Positions 26,717 through 40,700 of a DNA stretch of 64,000 bases are shown here, in pieces (position 1 is the first letter of the stretch; each line of letters opens with the position of its first letter). The position numbers and the translations under genes were made by a program. Under the pieces are notes generated by a model. That model did not search any database and was not told the origin of the DNA. It saw only the letters and a list, made by a program, of their open reading frames with translations. The stretch is from Protoeuglena noctilucae (lineage: Eukaryota), in contig OY253673.1 in assembly GCA_958009085.1 (NCBI GenBank), positions 434,001-498,000 of the forward strand, in the 5' to 3' direction.

Positions 26717-29700
26717 ATGACCGAGGAACTCGAGAAGCAAATGCAGGGCCTTTTAGATCGGGGCCCGGGCCTGAGGTGGGCGCAAGCGCGAGCGTGCCGC
26801 TCGCCAGCCCCGCTTGTTGGCGGTTTTTCATCCGCCTCTGTCCCACCCGCAGCATCGGCACTGACCCGGAAGAGGCGGAGAGCTTCTTCAGTCGGGTGGA
26901 GGAGGTCTCGCGGCTCATCAGCGGCCTGAAGGAGGGCACGGTCCCGGTTGAGGAGGTGGACAAGTCGGTTGCGTGGGAGCAGCGCAAGAAGGCGGTGAAA
27001 GAGGTCGAGGATGCCGCGGCACGGGAGAAGGAAGAGGTAGAGAGGGAAGCGAAGCAGAAGGTGAGATCTTCTGCATGGGGCAACATTGACGTAAGGCACA
27101 GAGGCCTTGGGGCGATGGGGCAGTGGCATGTGGAATCTGATGCATTCGCCATGGGCGCGCTCGCAGCGCTTGGAGGAGGCCAAGGAGAAGGTCCAAGAGA
27201 TCCAAGAAAACTTGAAGAGGAAGGAGAAGGCCCGGGCGAAGTACGCGGCATGGGTGGCGGAGCAAGAGCGCGCCCGCGGCCAGGGCAAGGCAGCCACAGA
27301 CTACACGGCCTGGGACCTCTGGGTCCCGAGCGATGACGAGGACGAGATGATCCGGAACCTGACGCCCTCGGGCCCCGAGTTCGCCGCCATGGAGGTGCGA
27401 CGGCAGCACAGCGTGCGAGTCGCCATAATGGTGGCTATGAGACGGTGGCCAGGGTGGCTGCCAGCCAGTCCCAAGCACGATGGGTAGCTGGGTATCCCAT
27501 TTCTAAGATTGTCCCATCGTGCCTCGACAGCCCTTCCGCCTCTTCCCGCCACAGAAGGACATCAACGAGCGCCACCGCCGGATGAAGGACCAGCGCCGCA
27601 TCGCCGAGCGCCTGCGTGTTGAGGGCAACGAGGCGTTCAAGCGCGGCCAGTACAGCGTCGCCTACCAGCTCTACGCGTCGGGCGTCGAGCACCACAAGTC
27701 GAGCGCGGCCCTCCACGCCAATGCGGCGATGGCCAGCATCAAGCTGGGGTGCTTCGTGCAGGCCATCGACCACTGCGACCGCGTCCTGAGCATCCAGGAG
27801 TTCTTGACGGAGAACATGAAGGACCCGATCGTGTCCAAGGCCCTGCACCGGTGAGGGGCACCCACACCCACACGCTGGGCATGCGGGGGTGTGGCTTGGG
27901 TGCTGCAGTGGGATGCGACGGCTACCCGCCCTCGCAGTCGTGCCATGGCTCGCCGGGCGCTGGGCCACTTCGCGGAGGCGGTCGCGGACTTGGAGCGGGC
28001 ATTGTCGCTGGACCCCACGAACGTCGAAGTGAAGGAGCAGCTGGCACGTGCCCGGAGCGAGCTGGAGGACCAGCGCCAGCTGCGCCGCGTCACCAAGCAG
28101 GCCCAGGGCACCGACGGGGCCCCTGGCATGCCGGAGCTGCGGGCGGTGGAGGCTGCTGTGCAGCGCGTGCGCCTCGCACGGGAGCGAGCATCTGGGGCGG
28201 GGGCGACGGACTGCAGCGACGGCGCAGGCACTGCCGCCGGTGCGGATACCGCCTCCCCCAGTGACGGCGGCGCAGGGAGGAATAGGTTCGATCCCCTGGG
28301 TGGCCACCAGAAGGTCGCCAAGGGCGCCAAGGCCGAGCCCGGTCCCAGTGTCGAAAAGTCACTGGCGGAGGACCTCGCGGCGCTGGCGGAGTCCGTAGGG
28401 AAACACGAGGAGTGCCGACTGTACCTCCGGGAGGTGGGGGGACTCCAAGAGCTGTCAGGGGCACTGGCGGACTGCACGGCGGGGGTACCCTTGGTGGAGA
28501 CACTGGTGAGGGGTTGCATTTGCACTGGGGCGCTCTGTGACTGCGCACGCTGTGGCTAGGAGATTCAGAGTCGCTAGTAACGGGGCTCCCCTTGCATAGG
28601 GGCCTACCTTGGTGTGGAGGCCGGCGAGCGTGCCACATGCCTCAACGCGCACCCGTGGTTCGCACCGCAGAGAGTCCTGCACAATGCGAGCCTGAGCGAC
28701 TTCAACACGGAGGCGATCCAGAAGCATGGGGGCCTGGACGCAGCCGTGGCGCTGCTGGCGGAGGAAGGGGCCCAGGCCCCAGCACGCGGTGCCGCTGCCG
28801 ACCTGCTCTACACGGCGTCGACGCAGGCGTCCGTCCGCGCGCACATCGCACGCGTCCTGGCGGACCGCGGCGCGCTCCCAGCCCTGCTGTCGCTGGCAAA
28901 GCTGCTGGGGGACCAGCGCCCATCGCCGTCAATGCTGCGCAGCCTCTGTGCCATGTCGCTGGCACTCCTGGCGCAGTGCTGCGTGGAGAAGCCCGTTCAG
29001 GCAGCGCTGCGGGCGGGTGCCGGCGAGCTCGCGGGGGAGCTGTGGGGCACACTGCGGGCGTGCATGGGGTCGGGGGTGGCAGACGCGGTGCAGGAACAGG
29101 CGTGCAGCGCGGTGGGGAACGCCTGCACGGACGCAGCGCTGCTGGCGTCCGCGGCAGGCGACGAGGGGCTCGTGTCCGCGCTCGTCCACGGCTTGAAGGG
29201 TGCAACGTTGTCAGGCTCGGGATCGGTCCGGGCGGCGCTGGCGGCGCTCAGCAACCTCCTCCTCGACAGCAGCGCCCTGGCGCCCGCGTTCAAGAGGTGA
29301 GGGATGCGATGGGTTACTTGGTTGCCATCCTGGCTGGCTGTGTGCGACTGACACGTCAGAGCGCCGTCAGCCAGAGCATGCTCCACGGCCCTATAAGTGC
29401 CTTCTCGGTGAGTCGATTTCTGCCCTGCCACATGAATGCAATCCTCATCGATCCTGTCCCCGCAGCGGCGCCGTGGAGTGCCTCTCTGCCCTGGCAGTCC
29501 AGGGGGACAGCGTCGTCGCCTCTCGTGCCCTGGTGGCCCTGTCGCGCCTCTGCAAGCTCCCCGAGGCCGCCGCGGCCATGTCCGAGGCACGCACGCATCG
29601 TCTGTTCTTAGATGTCTTCGGTGCCGCGCTGGGGCTCGATGCCGCGCGCGCAGCGGAGGCGGGCGAGCGGTGGCAGAGCAACGACGGAGCCGAGGCGCGG

Positions 29701-30075
29701 CAGGCTGCCGAAGCATGCATCCGAGGCCTGGCTCTGCTGGAGTCGATTGCGGACGGAGTCGGGGACGACCTGGTGGAGGCGGGCGCCGTGCGCGCCCTCA
29801 GCGCCGCACTGGCAGGCCCCAAGCTGAGTGACGCGGCAGCAGGGAACGCCTCCCTGCTCCTCGGCGCCCTGAGCGCCCGGCGGGGCGGCGTCGATGCGCT
29901 GCGCGCGGCGGACGCAGTGGCGGCCCTGGTGCAGGCCATGGTGCAGCGTGAGGGGGCCGTGCGGAAGAACGCGGCGGTGGCGTGCGCAAGGGCGGTGCAG
30001 AGGGACGAGAGATTGCGGGAGCGGCTGCGGGAGCTCAACGGCGTGGAGATCATGTTCCGATACGTCAAGCCTTGA
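26717..30075 (+). CDS. TTC12: TTC12-like TPR plus armadillo protein (dynein assembly factor)
   Basis: Three TPR motifs (GNEAFKRGQY; ANAAMASIKLG; RRALGHFAEAVADLERALSLDPTN), ARM repeats, and C-terminal KNAAVACARA...LRELNGVEIM. Confidence 0.75.
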
Positions 30076-31052
30076 GTTATAGGGCAATTGGTTGCAGCTG
30101 ATCTCTTTGTTGCTGGCCATGAGGGTGCGATTTGCAACCAGGCACTTGCACTTTCAAGCAGCGGCGGAGCTAGAGGGGAGGGCAAAGGCAACATACCGAT
30201 GGTAGACCATCGGTGGCACCCAACAGAGATGCCTGGCCTTCGCTGAACACCCAGCACCGTTCAGCCACGTTAGCCGGCATCAGGCGGCCCACGCTGCAAA
30301 CCATGCTCGCAGCAGCGGGGTGCGACGATGCGCGGCGCCCGTAGAGTCCCACGTGACATGCGCTAAAGAGCAGCCCTTGGCATGCCAGGCCTCTACCCCG
30401 GCACTCACGCCCCACCGCCAGCCGCCTTTGCCTCACCCACTGGCTCACCCAATGAACGCAGCACTCCCGCTCTATGCAACGCCCGCAGCGCCGCACTGGC
30501 TCTGCCGATCTGCAGCTCCCGTGGGGTTTCTGCCGGTGGCAAGTGCACGCCAACAACTGCTTGCACACCCAGTAGCACCATACCACCCCCTCAAGCATGG
30601 CTGCCAATGGTGGTGCCTGTGCGAGTCAGCTTCATCCGCCGGCACTTACGCCCGCAAATGCATCTCTCCACCATGCACCCCCATCCGGTTCGACACCCAG
30701 CCGGACACAGACCCAATCGAACCCGCAGGTCCTTAGCAAGCACCTCAGCCGCTCCGATGCCACGACCCTCTGCTTCGCCCCACGCCGCCACCCTCACGCG
30801 GCGCTCGCATCGGTCTGCTTCTTCTTCCCCACAGACCCGAGCGACACCATCGCCGACCCCACTTGCGACTTGGCACCCCCGGCCAGCTTGGACGCCACCG
30901 CGTACGACCCCCACTGGGGCTGCGAGGGAGGCGGAAGCAGCCAGGCCCTCCGCAGTGCCAGAGAAGACACCGAGCGTTCCCACACCAACACGCCCGCACT
31001 GCTCAACCGATCATCCCCCACTACTGCGCTCAGCAGACCCCTAGCACCCCCG

Positions 31053-34000
31053 CTATGCCCGTCGCCCCACACTCGCCCTGTCCCCTGCCCCTTCCACCCT
31101 CATTCCACGCACCTTGCTCTCCCTGCGGCCCTCGTCCCGCGCCGGCACTTCCTTGTCGGACGGTCGGCTGCTGTCGCTGGCCCCGCCCTCCTTCTGCCCC
31201 GCCAACTGAGGGAACGCCTCCTCGTACCTTGGCTCCTGTGGGGCGAGGGGAGAGAAGAGGGACGGTGTGAGTGTGGGAGTGAGGGATGGGGTAAGCTTCA
31301 GTGCGATCGCACACAGCGAGCGCAGGGTGGGGCGAGGATATGACAGGCCATGACCAAAGCATCTCATTGGCAGCAATCAATCAGTCAGGTACGAGACATG
31401 CCCACTCACCGTCTCCTTGGCTCCCCACGTGGGCCTCTCCCCCGTGCGCCCCACTCCTCCCAGGGCAGGGAAGCCGTCATCCATGTTGGGGCCCCTGCGA
31501 CCCAACAAAGGGACGAAAGCGTACTCTAACTCTGTGTCTGGCTCTGCTTAGCTCTGTCGCCCAGCCCAGGGCGACAGCTTTGATGCACCGGCACCAGCTG
31601 TGACATTGCAACAGAATTGCAATCAAAACACACAGCAGTCAGCACAGGGACCGAGGGCGGTGCCACTCCACCCCAGCCGTGCAGCGGCCGCACCTGCCGG
31701 CGTCGCCCCATCCTCCAGCAGGGTCGCGGTACGCCCCATACATCTTGCCGCCGTAGAGCGCGCTGGGGGGTGGGGGCGCGCCAGCCCCACGCCCTGCCCC
31801 AGCGCCACCCCACCGCGCCATGCTGGCCTGCATGGCCTCCTCCGCCTCCACCATGTCAGACCAACGCGTGCTCTCGACCGGAGGAGCCCCAGGGGCACCG
31901 CGGCCTGTCCCCGTCCCCGCGCCTCGGCCCGCCGCGAACGGATTGCGAGGGGGCGGCGGGGGAGGCGGCGGCGGCGGCACCCGGGGGGGCGGCGCCGGGA
32001 CCTCGGGGCCCCGGGGCGCCTCCCCGGAAGGGGCAGAGGCCTCTGTGCCTGGCGCAGGCTGCGATCCCCCCGTGACTGCGGGCGGTGGGCCCCCGGACGG
32101 TCCCCGCACCTCACCCCGAGGCGGCTCGGGGCGGGCCGGGGCCGCCGCGCCACCGCCGGGGCTCTCTGCCGCTGCGTCGGCGCCGTCCGCCCCGTCCGCA
32201 TCGCCCTGGGCCGGCCGCCCCGTTGCCCTCCTTGCGTGCGGGGGCACGAACCGCCCCGGCGCTCGCACCACCCCCAGTCCCGCCATGTGGGGCCGGGAGT
32301 CTCCGCGACCGCGGTCGTCGCCCGCGGGACCGCCCGGTGGCCCCGCCAGCGCGGGGTAGTCCTCCTCCTGTGCAGCCGGGGGCTCGGCTGGCGCGGGGGG
32401 CGGGTCCTCCCCGCGCCGCAGCAGCCGGATGCCGCCCCGGCGGCCCTGCCCCGGCGGCCCCGCAGCCACGCCGCCGCCCGGGGCGTGGCTCGCCGCCCCC
32501 TCCGCGCGGCTCTCCCTCGCCGGCAACCCCGGGGGTGCCTCAACTGCGGATGACCCCCGTACGCCGTCCCGCACCTCGGACGGACCCCGCTTCTGCCCCA
32601 GCGCGAACCCCGGCGTGAGGGCCAGCTGCCGCGAGATCGCCTCCAGCTCCTCCGCCAGCCCCTGCGGCGCCTGGCCCCCCAGGTCATCGCGCCCAATCGC
32701 GTCGCCCCCCGCCGCCAGTTGCTGCAACACGTCGTTGATGCTCCCGGGCACCGTCTGCTGCGGCGGGGCGCCCGGCAGCGTAGCGGAAGCCGTGGCGGGC
32801 GCCGGGGCGCTGGCCCCGGGCAACAGAGGCCCGGTGACTGCCCTGGGCGCCACCCCCGCTGCGACCTGGCCCGTCGACGCAGCGGTGGTCATGCCCAGGG
32901 GCCCCATCTGCAGCATGGCCTGCTGAACGAGGTCCCATGGGACCAGCTCCCCCCGCACGCGGCCGACGCGCACCACGCGCTGCCCCGGGTAGACCACCAT
33001 GCCTGGCCCCTCCACCTGCTGCGTGCGTATGGCGTCAAGGACCGAGTCGAGGGTCGGGTTGCTCAGCTGCATGTCAGGGATGCTCGTCACACTGGCGGAG
33101 ACCGCGAGGGAGCCCGTGTACATGCCCGCGAAGGGGTTGGGCATGGTGAGGGGCGACATGCCCAGCGAGCCCGCTGGGAGGGTCGGGACCGACGCCAGCG
33201 GGAGCGAGAGGGGCGAGGTGCCGTGGGAGGGCGGCTGGCTGAGGACGGGGGCCTGGCTGATGGTCAGGAAGGCCTGGCTCGTCGGCATGCCCAGCACGGC
33301 GCCCGCGGAGGCTGCTGCCGCCGCCGCCGCCGCTGCCGCCGCTTGCAGGTGGCCTTGCATGGAGTGCGTGGACGAGATGCCCACGGCCCCGGGCCTCGGG
33401 GGCGCGAACGACACGGGCGTGGGCGCGGGCGCGGGCGGGACGAAGGACACAGGTGCGGATGGCGCGGAGGCGGGGGCGGCGGGCGGGAGGGGCGCAGCGT
33501 GGGATGACTCCGGAGTGCCCTCGGCCAGTCTCTCTGCCGTGTGGGCCAGCTGCCCTTGGAGCAGCGTCCGCGCCGTCTCCTCCGTGTACGGGCCCTTCTC
33601 GCACGCCAGGTAATTAACCGACCGCCTGCAGGGGGGCGGGCAGCGCCAGGGTTGCAAGGCTTTCTACACAGATCGAAAGTGGACGCAGGCAGAAGCAGGC
33701 AGCCAGTTTGCAACTGTTGGTGCACAATGGAGACGGTACGCAGCAGGCAGCACGCAGGACGCAGCAGCTGCGTCTGTCTGCCCGCGCCCTCCTCACCGGA
33801 AGGCCGTCAGCACCGCGCGCATCGACTCGAAACTGTTGACGGTGCGCGAGGGGTTCTCATTCGGCTCGAAGGGGTCGAGAATGCCGATCGCGTTCTTCCA
33901 CACGGTGCCGTTCGATTCGTTGACCCACCGGCCCGTCCACACGTCCATGGCGGGCGGCACCTTGGGCCCCGCATACGCCGCCCTCTCCGCCGCCGCCACC

Positions 34001-36582
34001 ACCACCGCCAACGTCTCGACCAGGAACGACTCAAAGAGCTCCCCGACCGTCTCGCGGTTGGCCTGCGGCGCGCCCGAGTCGCGCGGCGCCAGGATGCGCG
34101 ACAGGCACTGCGCCACCAGCTCCCGCTCCTGCGACCGCGTTTGGGCGGCCTCGAGGGGCCTGGGGAGGGCCAGGGCCTGCCCGTGGCCGCCGGGGGCGTC
34201 GTAGAAGAGCTCGCAGAGGGGCGGGACGATCGGGATGCGGCGCGTTTGCAGGTGGAAGAGGGCGAGGAGCCCCAGGGAGAACGTGCTGAGGGTGCCCCGG
34301 GTCGAGTCGTTGATACCCATGCCGCCCGCCCACTTCTTGACGGCCATGACGAAGGGCTTGATGCGCGGGTCCAGGTGGCAGATGTCCCGCATGACCTGGC
34401 ACTTGAGGAGCGCCCGGTTGCCCACTGACAGGTCGCACTCGACGTTGGTGGGCGCGTGGACGAACTTGAGCACCGGGACGCGCGCCCCTAAGATGGACTG
34501 GACGTTGCGGAACTCGGGATACTTGCGCATCAGGTTGCGCATCTTCCTCAGCACGCGACACTTGTCCTCCTTCTGAAGCTGGTGCAGCTGCGGGGCGACC
34601 ACAATGCAAGGGGCGTCACTCTCACTCATGCACGGCAGGGTCGCTGATTGATGTAGAGTCGCATGTTCTGCATCGCCGATGCAGAGCCATGCACAACGAG
34701 GACGCCAGTCGACGAGAAAGCACCCCTGCCCTACGCGCTCCCCTCTCCCGCCCGCTCACCTCCACCACCTCGTCGTTGGCAGCGTCGCCGCCGTCGATGA
34801 CCATCGTGCCGATGAGCGTGAGGTCCAGGTCGCTCGACGCGCTCGCCGTCTCCTGGATATGGCTCCCAAACGCCTCCACCCGGGCAGTCAGCTCCGGTAA
34901 GGACGATGAGGCCTGCAGGGCGATCTCGCCGACCCTGTCCACGATCACGTCGCGGGACTTGGCGATCGTGGGGCTTAACAGGTCGCGCGTGGCACCCTGG
35001 ATGAGGGCCTCCGTGAAGGCCGGGGTCTGTCGCGAGGGGGCGCGCATCCACTCCGCCCACGCGAGCTGCCGCAGGGCGTCGGGCTTGACGTTCACCAGCC
35101 CCGGGGGCGCGTGGGGGAGCTTGAGCAACGAGGCGTCCAGCCAGCGCAACAGGCCCTCGGCCGGGCCCCGGGGCGACGACAGCGGCCGACCTCCCGGCAC
35201 CAGCGCGCGCTCCTCGCGCCACCCCAGGATGAGCAGACCGTGTGGGTCCGCGCCCGCCACCGCGTGCCGCAGCGTCCACTCCTCCCGCGTGCACACCCGG
35301 ATCGACTCCCGCGGCCCCTCCCGGCCAGCGGGGCCACCTGCCTTGGCAACGCGGGCGGGGGCAACCGAAGCCACCTCCGCCCCCGCACCCTTGCCCTTCC
35401 CCGGGCGCGGAGGACGCGGGCGCTGCGGACCCGGCTGCTGTGGGCCCAGCTGCTGCGTCCCGCCGGCAGCGGGGCCGTTCGCGGGCGCTTTGCCCCCCGC
35501 GCCATTGTCGGCAGCTGAGGTGGGCCGGGGGGCCCCCGGCGCTCGCCCTTGCTTGGGCGCTTGGGCCACGTCCGCAGCCCGGCCCTGGCCGCCCCGCCCT
35601 CCCTGAGCCTCTCGCTGGCGCGACCCTCGTCCACGGCCCTGCCCCTGCCCCTGACCTGGTTGACCGTCATCTGCTTTGCCCACACCCACACCCTGCTCGC
35701 CAGCCCCAGCCGCCCCAGCTTCCCCTGGTCGGTTTGCCGCCTTGCCCTTGGCCGGCCGCGTCGCCACGCCGTCCGCAGCGTTGGCCGCTGGGGCCTTCCC
35801 ACCTCCGCCCGCCGCCTCCCCCGCCCCCGCCGGCCCCTCGGGTGCTTGCCCCGCCGGAGCCCCCTTGCCCCGCCGCCCCTCCTTCCCCCGGCTGCTCTCC
35901 GGCCGACGCTCCGCTGCCCCGGGCCCCGAAGCGACCACCACCACGCGCCGCGGTCGGCCGGGCGCCACCTCATCCCCAGCCCCAGCCGTCGCAGGCGCAG
36001 TGGGCCCGGCGGGCCCCCCCTCGCCCGTCACAGCCGCACCGTCCCCTCCAGCCCCGCCTGCCGCGCCCTCGTCGCGTCGCCGGTTGCCACGCGCTCCGCG
36101 GGCCCGGCGGCGGGCGCTGGCCGACTCCCGCTTGGCCCCATCCGGTGCCTCAGACGCCGCTCCGTCGCCTTCGCCGGCCTCACCCCCAGGAACGCGCGCT
36201 TGCGCCTTCGATTTCGCAGGAGCTGGCCCAACCTCAACCACCCCATCGCCTCCTCCGCCGTCCTCCCCCCCGCCCGTCTTCGGACCCCTGCGCCGTCGCC
36301 GGGAGCGGCCCCCCGAGACCGACTCGGCGGCTCCGTCGCCCCCGGACTGCCCATTTGCCAGGCTCTGCGCGCGGCGGCGGGGGCGTACCGTTGCCGGAGA
36401 TCCATCCACTGTGCTCTGGGCTGGACAGCAATCCATCTGCATCCGCTCACCTCTCCCTTTCCCGCCCGCTGACCATCACTACGACTTCCCTTTCCCGCGC
36501 GCTCGTTTCTGGCCTTGGGCAAGCCCTCAGCCGCGGAGGGCACGGCTTCTGGTCCAGGCGCACGCGCTTCCGACTTCTCCAT
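31053..36582 (-). CDS. HESO1/MUT68-like terminal nucleotidyltransferase (Cid1/Trf4 family) with long disordered N- and C-termini
   Basis: AFGS...SSDLDL, ARVPVLKF...ECDLS, VKKWA...INDSTRGTLSTF, and PAP-associated DPFEPNENPSRTV. Both termini are approximate. Confidence 0.85.
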
Positions 36583-37779
36583 AGCTGCGGATCGGCCCGG
36601 GGTCACACGTCAGCGCAGCCGATGCGAAACAAAGATCTGGCGGTGTCACGCGCGCAAAAACGGAGCCCGGCGGCCGGGCGTGGGCGGGGCGGCGCGAAGT
36701 CCGTTGCCGAGCCACGCCGTTGGTTCCCCCGCCCCGCGAGCGTGGCAGAGAGGGCCCGGCCCCAACAACCGGGGCGATATGCGACAGCATGTCATGATGG
36801 CGAGAGTGCAAAGCGAGATAAGGTCGCGAGACGCCAGCGAGGAGGCTGTGCGCTGGGGCGACCACCGGCGGGATCTGTTCGCGTTCCAGCCAGTTGCACC
36901 ACCGCGCCCGACAGCCAGATCAGCATACCCAGCCCACGTCGCCACCCAAGCATGGAAGGAGCGCGGGGCGGGGCCAGCAAGGGGCGGGAAATGCGTTGTT
37001 GTCGAGTGAGGCGACCGGGAGGGGCGATGCAGCGCTTGCGGGATCGCATCAATGCAACCTTTGCGCATCTGGGGATCCGCGAGCGCAAAAGGGGGGCCGG
37101 GGACATCAAGATCGCTCACCGTGAGTACTTGCGGCCCTGGGCAGCGAGTGCGGGTAACCTACGGCAGGAAAACAGGTTGGACACGCGCATGGAAGCCTGC
37201 ACTTCGGCCGTGGACGGTGCACCGGCCCACGCTCGGCACCCCTGCCCCGCGAGATCGCTGATGGGGCCTAATTCGCTCGCCGGCGCCCTACTGCGCGTGT
37301 CTGGCGAGGATGGGATAGGCAAGCGCTCAAAGCACGGAGTGGAAGATCTGGCTGACCCTGACTCATGCTGAGTGCGAGCGAAACCAGGCCGCAATGCCGC
37401 TCATAGCGGCAGCTTGACGACGTCAGACGGCCGGGCGCACCGTCAGCACGCCTCACTCGGCCCACAGCGCCTGGCCGGCGACAGCGCATTTCCGCGGCTC
37501 CCTTGCCCAGCCCGCCCGGGCAGCGGGTCCGCAGCCGGCACCCGCCATTGGAGGAGGCTCAAGCTCTTGCATCGTGGCAGTTGCCGGTGACCGGATCGCG
37601 CTTGTGAGCGAGTCCCTGCTGGCCCTCGCATTCACAACTTTTCGAGGTCTGTTACGCGGGGCACGCACATCCGCGGCTTCGTTTATTGTGTCGCCGCAGA
37701 ACCAGGACACGGGCGGACACGAGCGCGCGGAGAGTCCCTCAGGGAGCGACGAGCATGCGGGGGAGGGGCGTCGCAGCCC

Positions 37780-40700
37780 ATGTCGTCGCAGGATAAGAGG
37801 CGGGACCTCGGCCATGCGCGCTCCCTGCAGGTGACACGACTGCTGCGTGCAAAGGCTTGAGCCGGCGACGCTGCTGTCACCTCCCCACACCTGCCCAGTC
37901 CCATGCCCGCAGCTCCTGGGCCTGCCCAGCGGCCCCCGGCTTTCCGTCCAGCCCCAGGCCGCGCGGGAGACGGATCTCAGCCACTCGGGCATGGCAGCGC
38001 ACCTGGGTCTCCTGCAAAGGGCCAAAGCCTTCGGAGGAGGTGCCCCGTCGCTGCGGACGCGACATGCAAGCCAACGAGAGATCCCGCGGGAGGCCACGGG
38101 ATCGGCGGACCCTCTCGCGCTCGTGAACGCCCTCCTCCAGCGACGCCTCAGCGCCGCGAGCCTGGAGGCCGACGCCGGTCGCCCGGGCACGAGCCCCGCC
38201 CTCCCAGCCGAGCCGCGGGAGCAGCCGCAACCCCAGGCCGTTGCACAGGCCATGGCGCAGCTGGGACCGTACGGGAAGTACTTCCCGGGCGCAGGGAGGG
38301 TCGCCGGCCCCGGCGCCCCTCCCGCCTCCACCGCTCTCTTCAGGGCCGGGTGCGTCGCGGTCATCTGTGCCTGTGTCCTTGGCCCATGTACCCCCGGCTG
38401 CGTACACCGGGTCCCCGCCCTGCCCACCGCTTGCTCACCCGCTGCTTTTCTTTGCAGACAGAGCCTGCTCACCACAGGCCGCCATGGCTCCTTCACCAAG
38501 GACTCCCCCTCGTTGAGGGCCCTGCTCGGGACGCAAGGGAACGGGGCCGGGCCAACGCAGTCCGCAGATGGGCTGGTCGGCACCGAGGCCGGGGCAGCGA
38601 ACGGACATGGCAAGGAGAGGGGTGCGGGTGCCGCCAGTGGGAACGGAGACGCGAGCGGGGGTGCCGGGACACGGAACGGGGCGCCGGGGGCCTCGTCACC
38701 GTCCCCAGGGCCGCCCAAGGGCGCCACAAAGGCAGCCGGCGCAGGGCCTGGGCCCAGCCTGTCAGGCCCGACCAAGGCGGCCCTGGCGGGGCATGTGTAC
38801 CAGATGCCGGCCATGGCGGGGCCGGACGCAGGCCCCCGGCCTGCGGGGAGTGTCCTGCCGCGCAGTGCGTCCCAAGGCCCGCTGACGCGGGGCAACAGCC
38901 GTGTCCGGCCCTCAAGTGCTACTCTGCGTAAGGCGCCCTCGGGGCCATCGGGGGTGGCAGGTGCTGACAGCCTGCCCCTGCAAGCGTCGACCGGAGACGG
39001 CCGCGCTTCTGCGCGCGCGGGGCCCGCCGGTGGCCCCGTGGTGCCGGCGGCTGGCGCCGTGGTGCCCACCAGCCGCGACACGTCCGGCCGTAGCTCGGCG
39101 GAGCCATCGGGGGCAGCAGAGGCCCCGGCGGTGGCGGCGAGGCAGGGCGCGCGGGCCGCGGAGCGTTCCAGGGCCGCGGGCGCGGAGTCCCCCTGGCCGG
39201 GCGCGTCGTCGACGCAGGCGCTCATCCATGTGGTGGACCAGGCGTCCAAGCGTGAGAAGGAATTCGAATGCGAGCTCGCGACGCTGACGCGGCACATGCG
39301 GTACTTCGAGACGTACCTGGAAGGCGTGGACTTGGCGGATCAGGTCGAGATCTCCGTCTTCTGCGACGTCGGTGAGCAAAGCACGTTATCATGGTACTGG
39401 CGTGGCTGTGAAACGTGCTGTGAGGTTTGTTGGCTGCTTGAGGAAGGTCCCATTCGCAGCTGAGCTATGATGGACGTAGGATCTCCGATGAGCCTCGCCC
39501 TATCCGCGCTTGCTCGCAGATGTGTTTGAGTGGCTGCTGCGATGGGCGCATGAGCACTCCGGCGAGGGCCTGCCGCAGGGGACGCCTCCCTCCCTGCTCA
39601 CCGTCTCCCAGTCCGTGAGCGTCCTGATTGCCGGGCACTTCCTGCGAATGACGGAGCTCGTCAACCGTGCCCTCGCCTTCGTGTGCGAGCACTTCCTGCG
39701 AGTCGTCTTCCTGCCCCTCGACCTCACCGGCCTCGCGGACGACCTCACGCACTACCTGCAGTCGCACCTGGCCGTCGACACCCTCGAGACGGCATGGGTG
39801 CTGTCGCACGCGGCCGACGAGGTCGCACGGCGCATGCAGGCCGCCTCGGGCGCCGCCGAGCCGCCCGGGTCCCAGGAGGTCGCGGAGCAGGGGCGCCGCG
39901 TGCGCCTCGCCGTCAACAAGCTCTACCGCGCCAAGCTGCAGGCGATGGTGGCCGAGGAGGACGGCCTGCTGGCGTGCTGCGGGGTGTGTGGGTCCGTGTA
40001 TGCCACCCGCCACGGCCCGCTTCTGCCCTGCCCCCGCGCGCGCATGTTCGTCGACTTCCGCGGCCGCGTCGTCACGAGGCACGTGGCGGACGCGGCGTGG
40101 ACCTTCGCGCGGCACATGGCCGACCTTCGCCAGCAGCGCCTTTCCTGGCGCACCGTGTACTGGCGCACCTGGGGCGCCATGCAGGCCTACTGGTGCCGCC
40201 GATGCCAGCAGTGGTTCTCTCTCACGCACGTCGGGCACTGCGTCCACCACCCGGGGCAGGGGCTCTTTGGGCCCGGCAAGAACAGCGGGGTGTACCCCTG
40301 CTGCGGGGGCCAGGCGGCGCGGTTCGGGGGCGGCGGCGCACCTGGGTGCTGCTCCCAGGACCACCAGTGGCCGGACGACCTCGCGGGCCCGCCGGGTGCC
40401 GAGGGCGAGCCGGCACGCGCCCCGGATGCTGCGACGCTCGACATGTTCCGTCGGCACCGCCGGCTGATCGAGCTGCCGTTCTCCAGCAATGGGACTGGGC
40501 CGGGGACGGCGGGCGCGGGTTCCGGGCAGAGCGGGGAGGACGGGAAGGTGGCCATGTCCAGGTGCGGGGCAGAGCATGCGTGGGATCGATGAGCGCTCGT
40601 GGGAGGGATGCAAGCTCGGTTTGTGAAGCACCCAAGCAAGCTCAGCCCGTGCTGTCCCGCCGTTACCGCAGTTTCTCCGTCAAGGCGCACGTCGGGGCCT

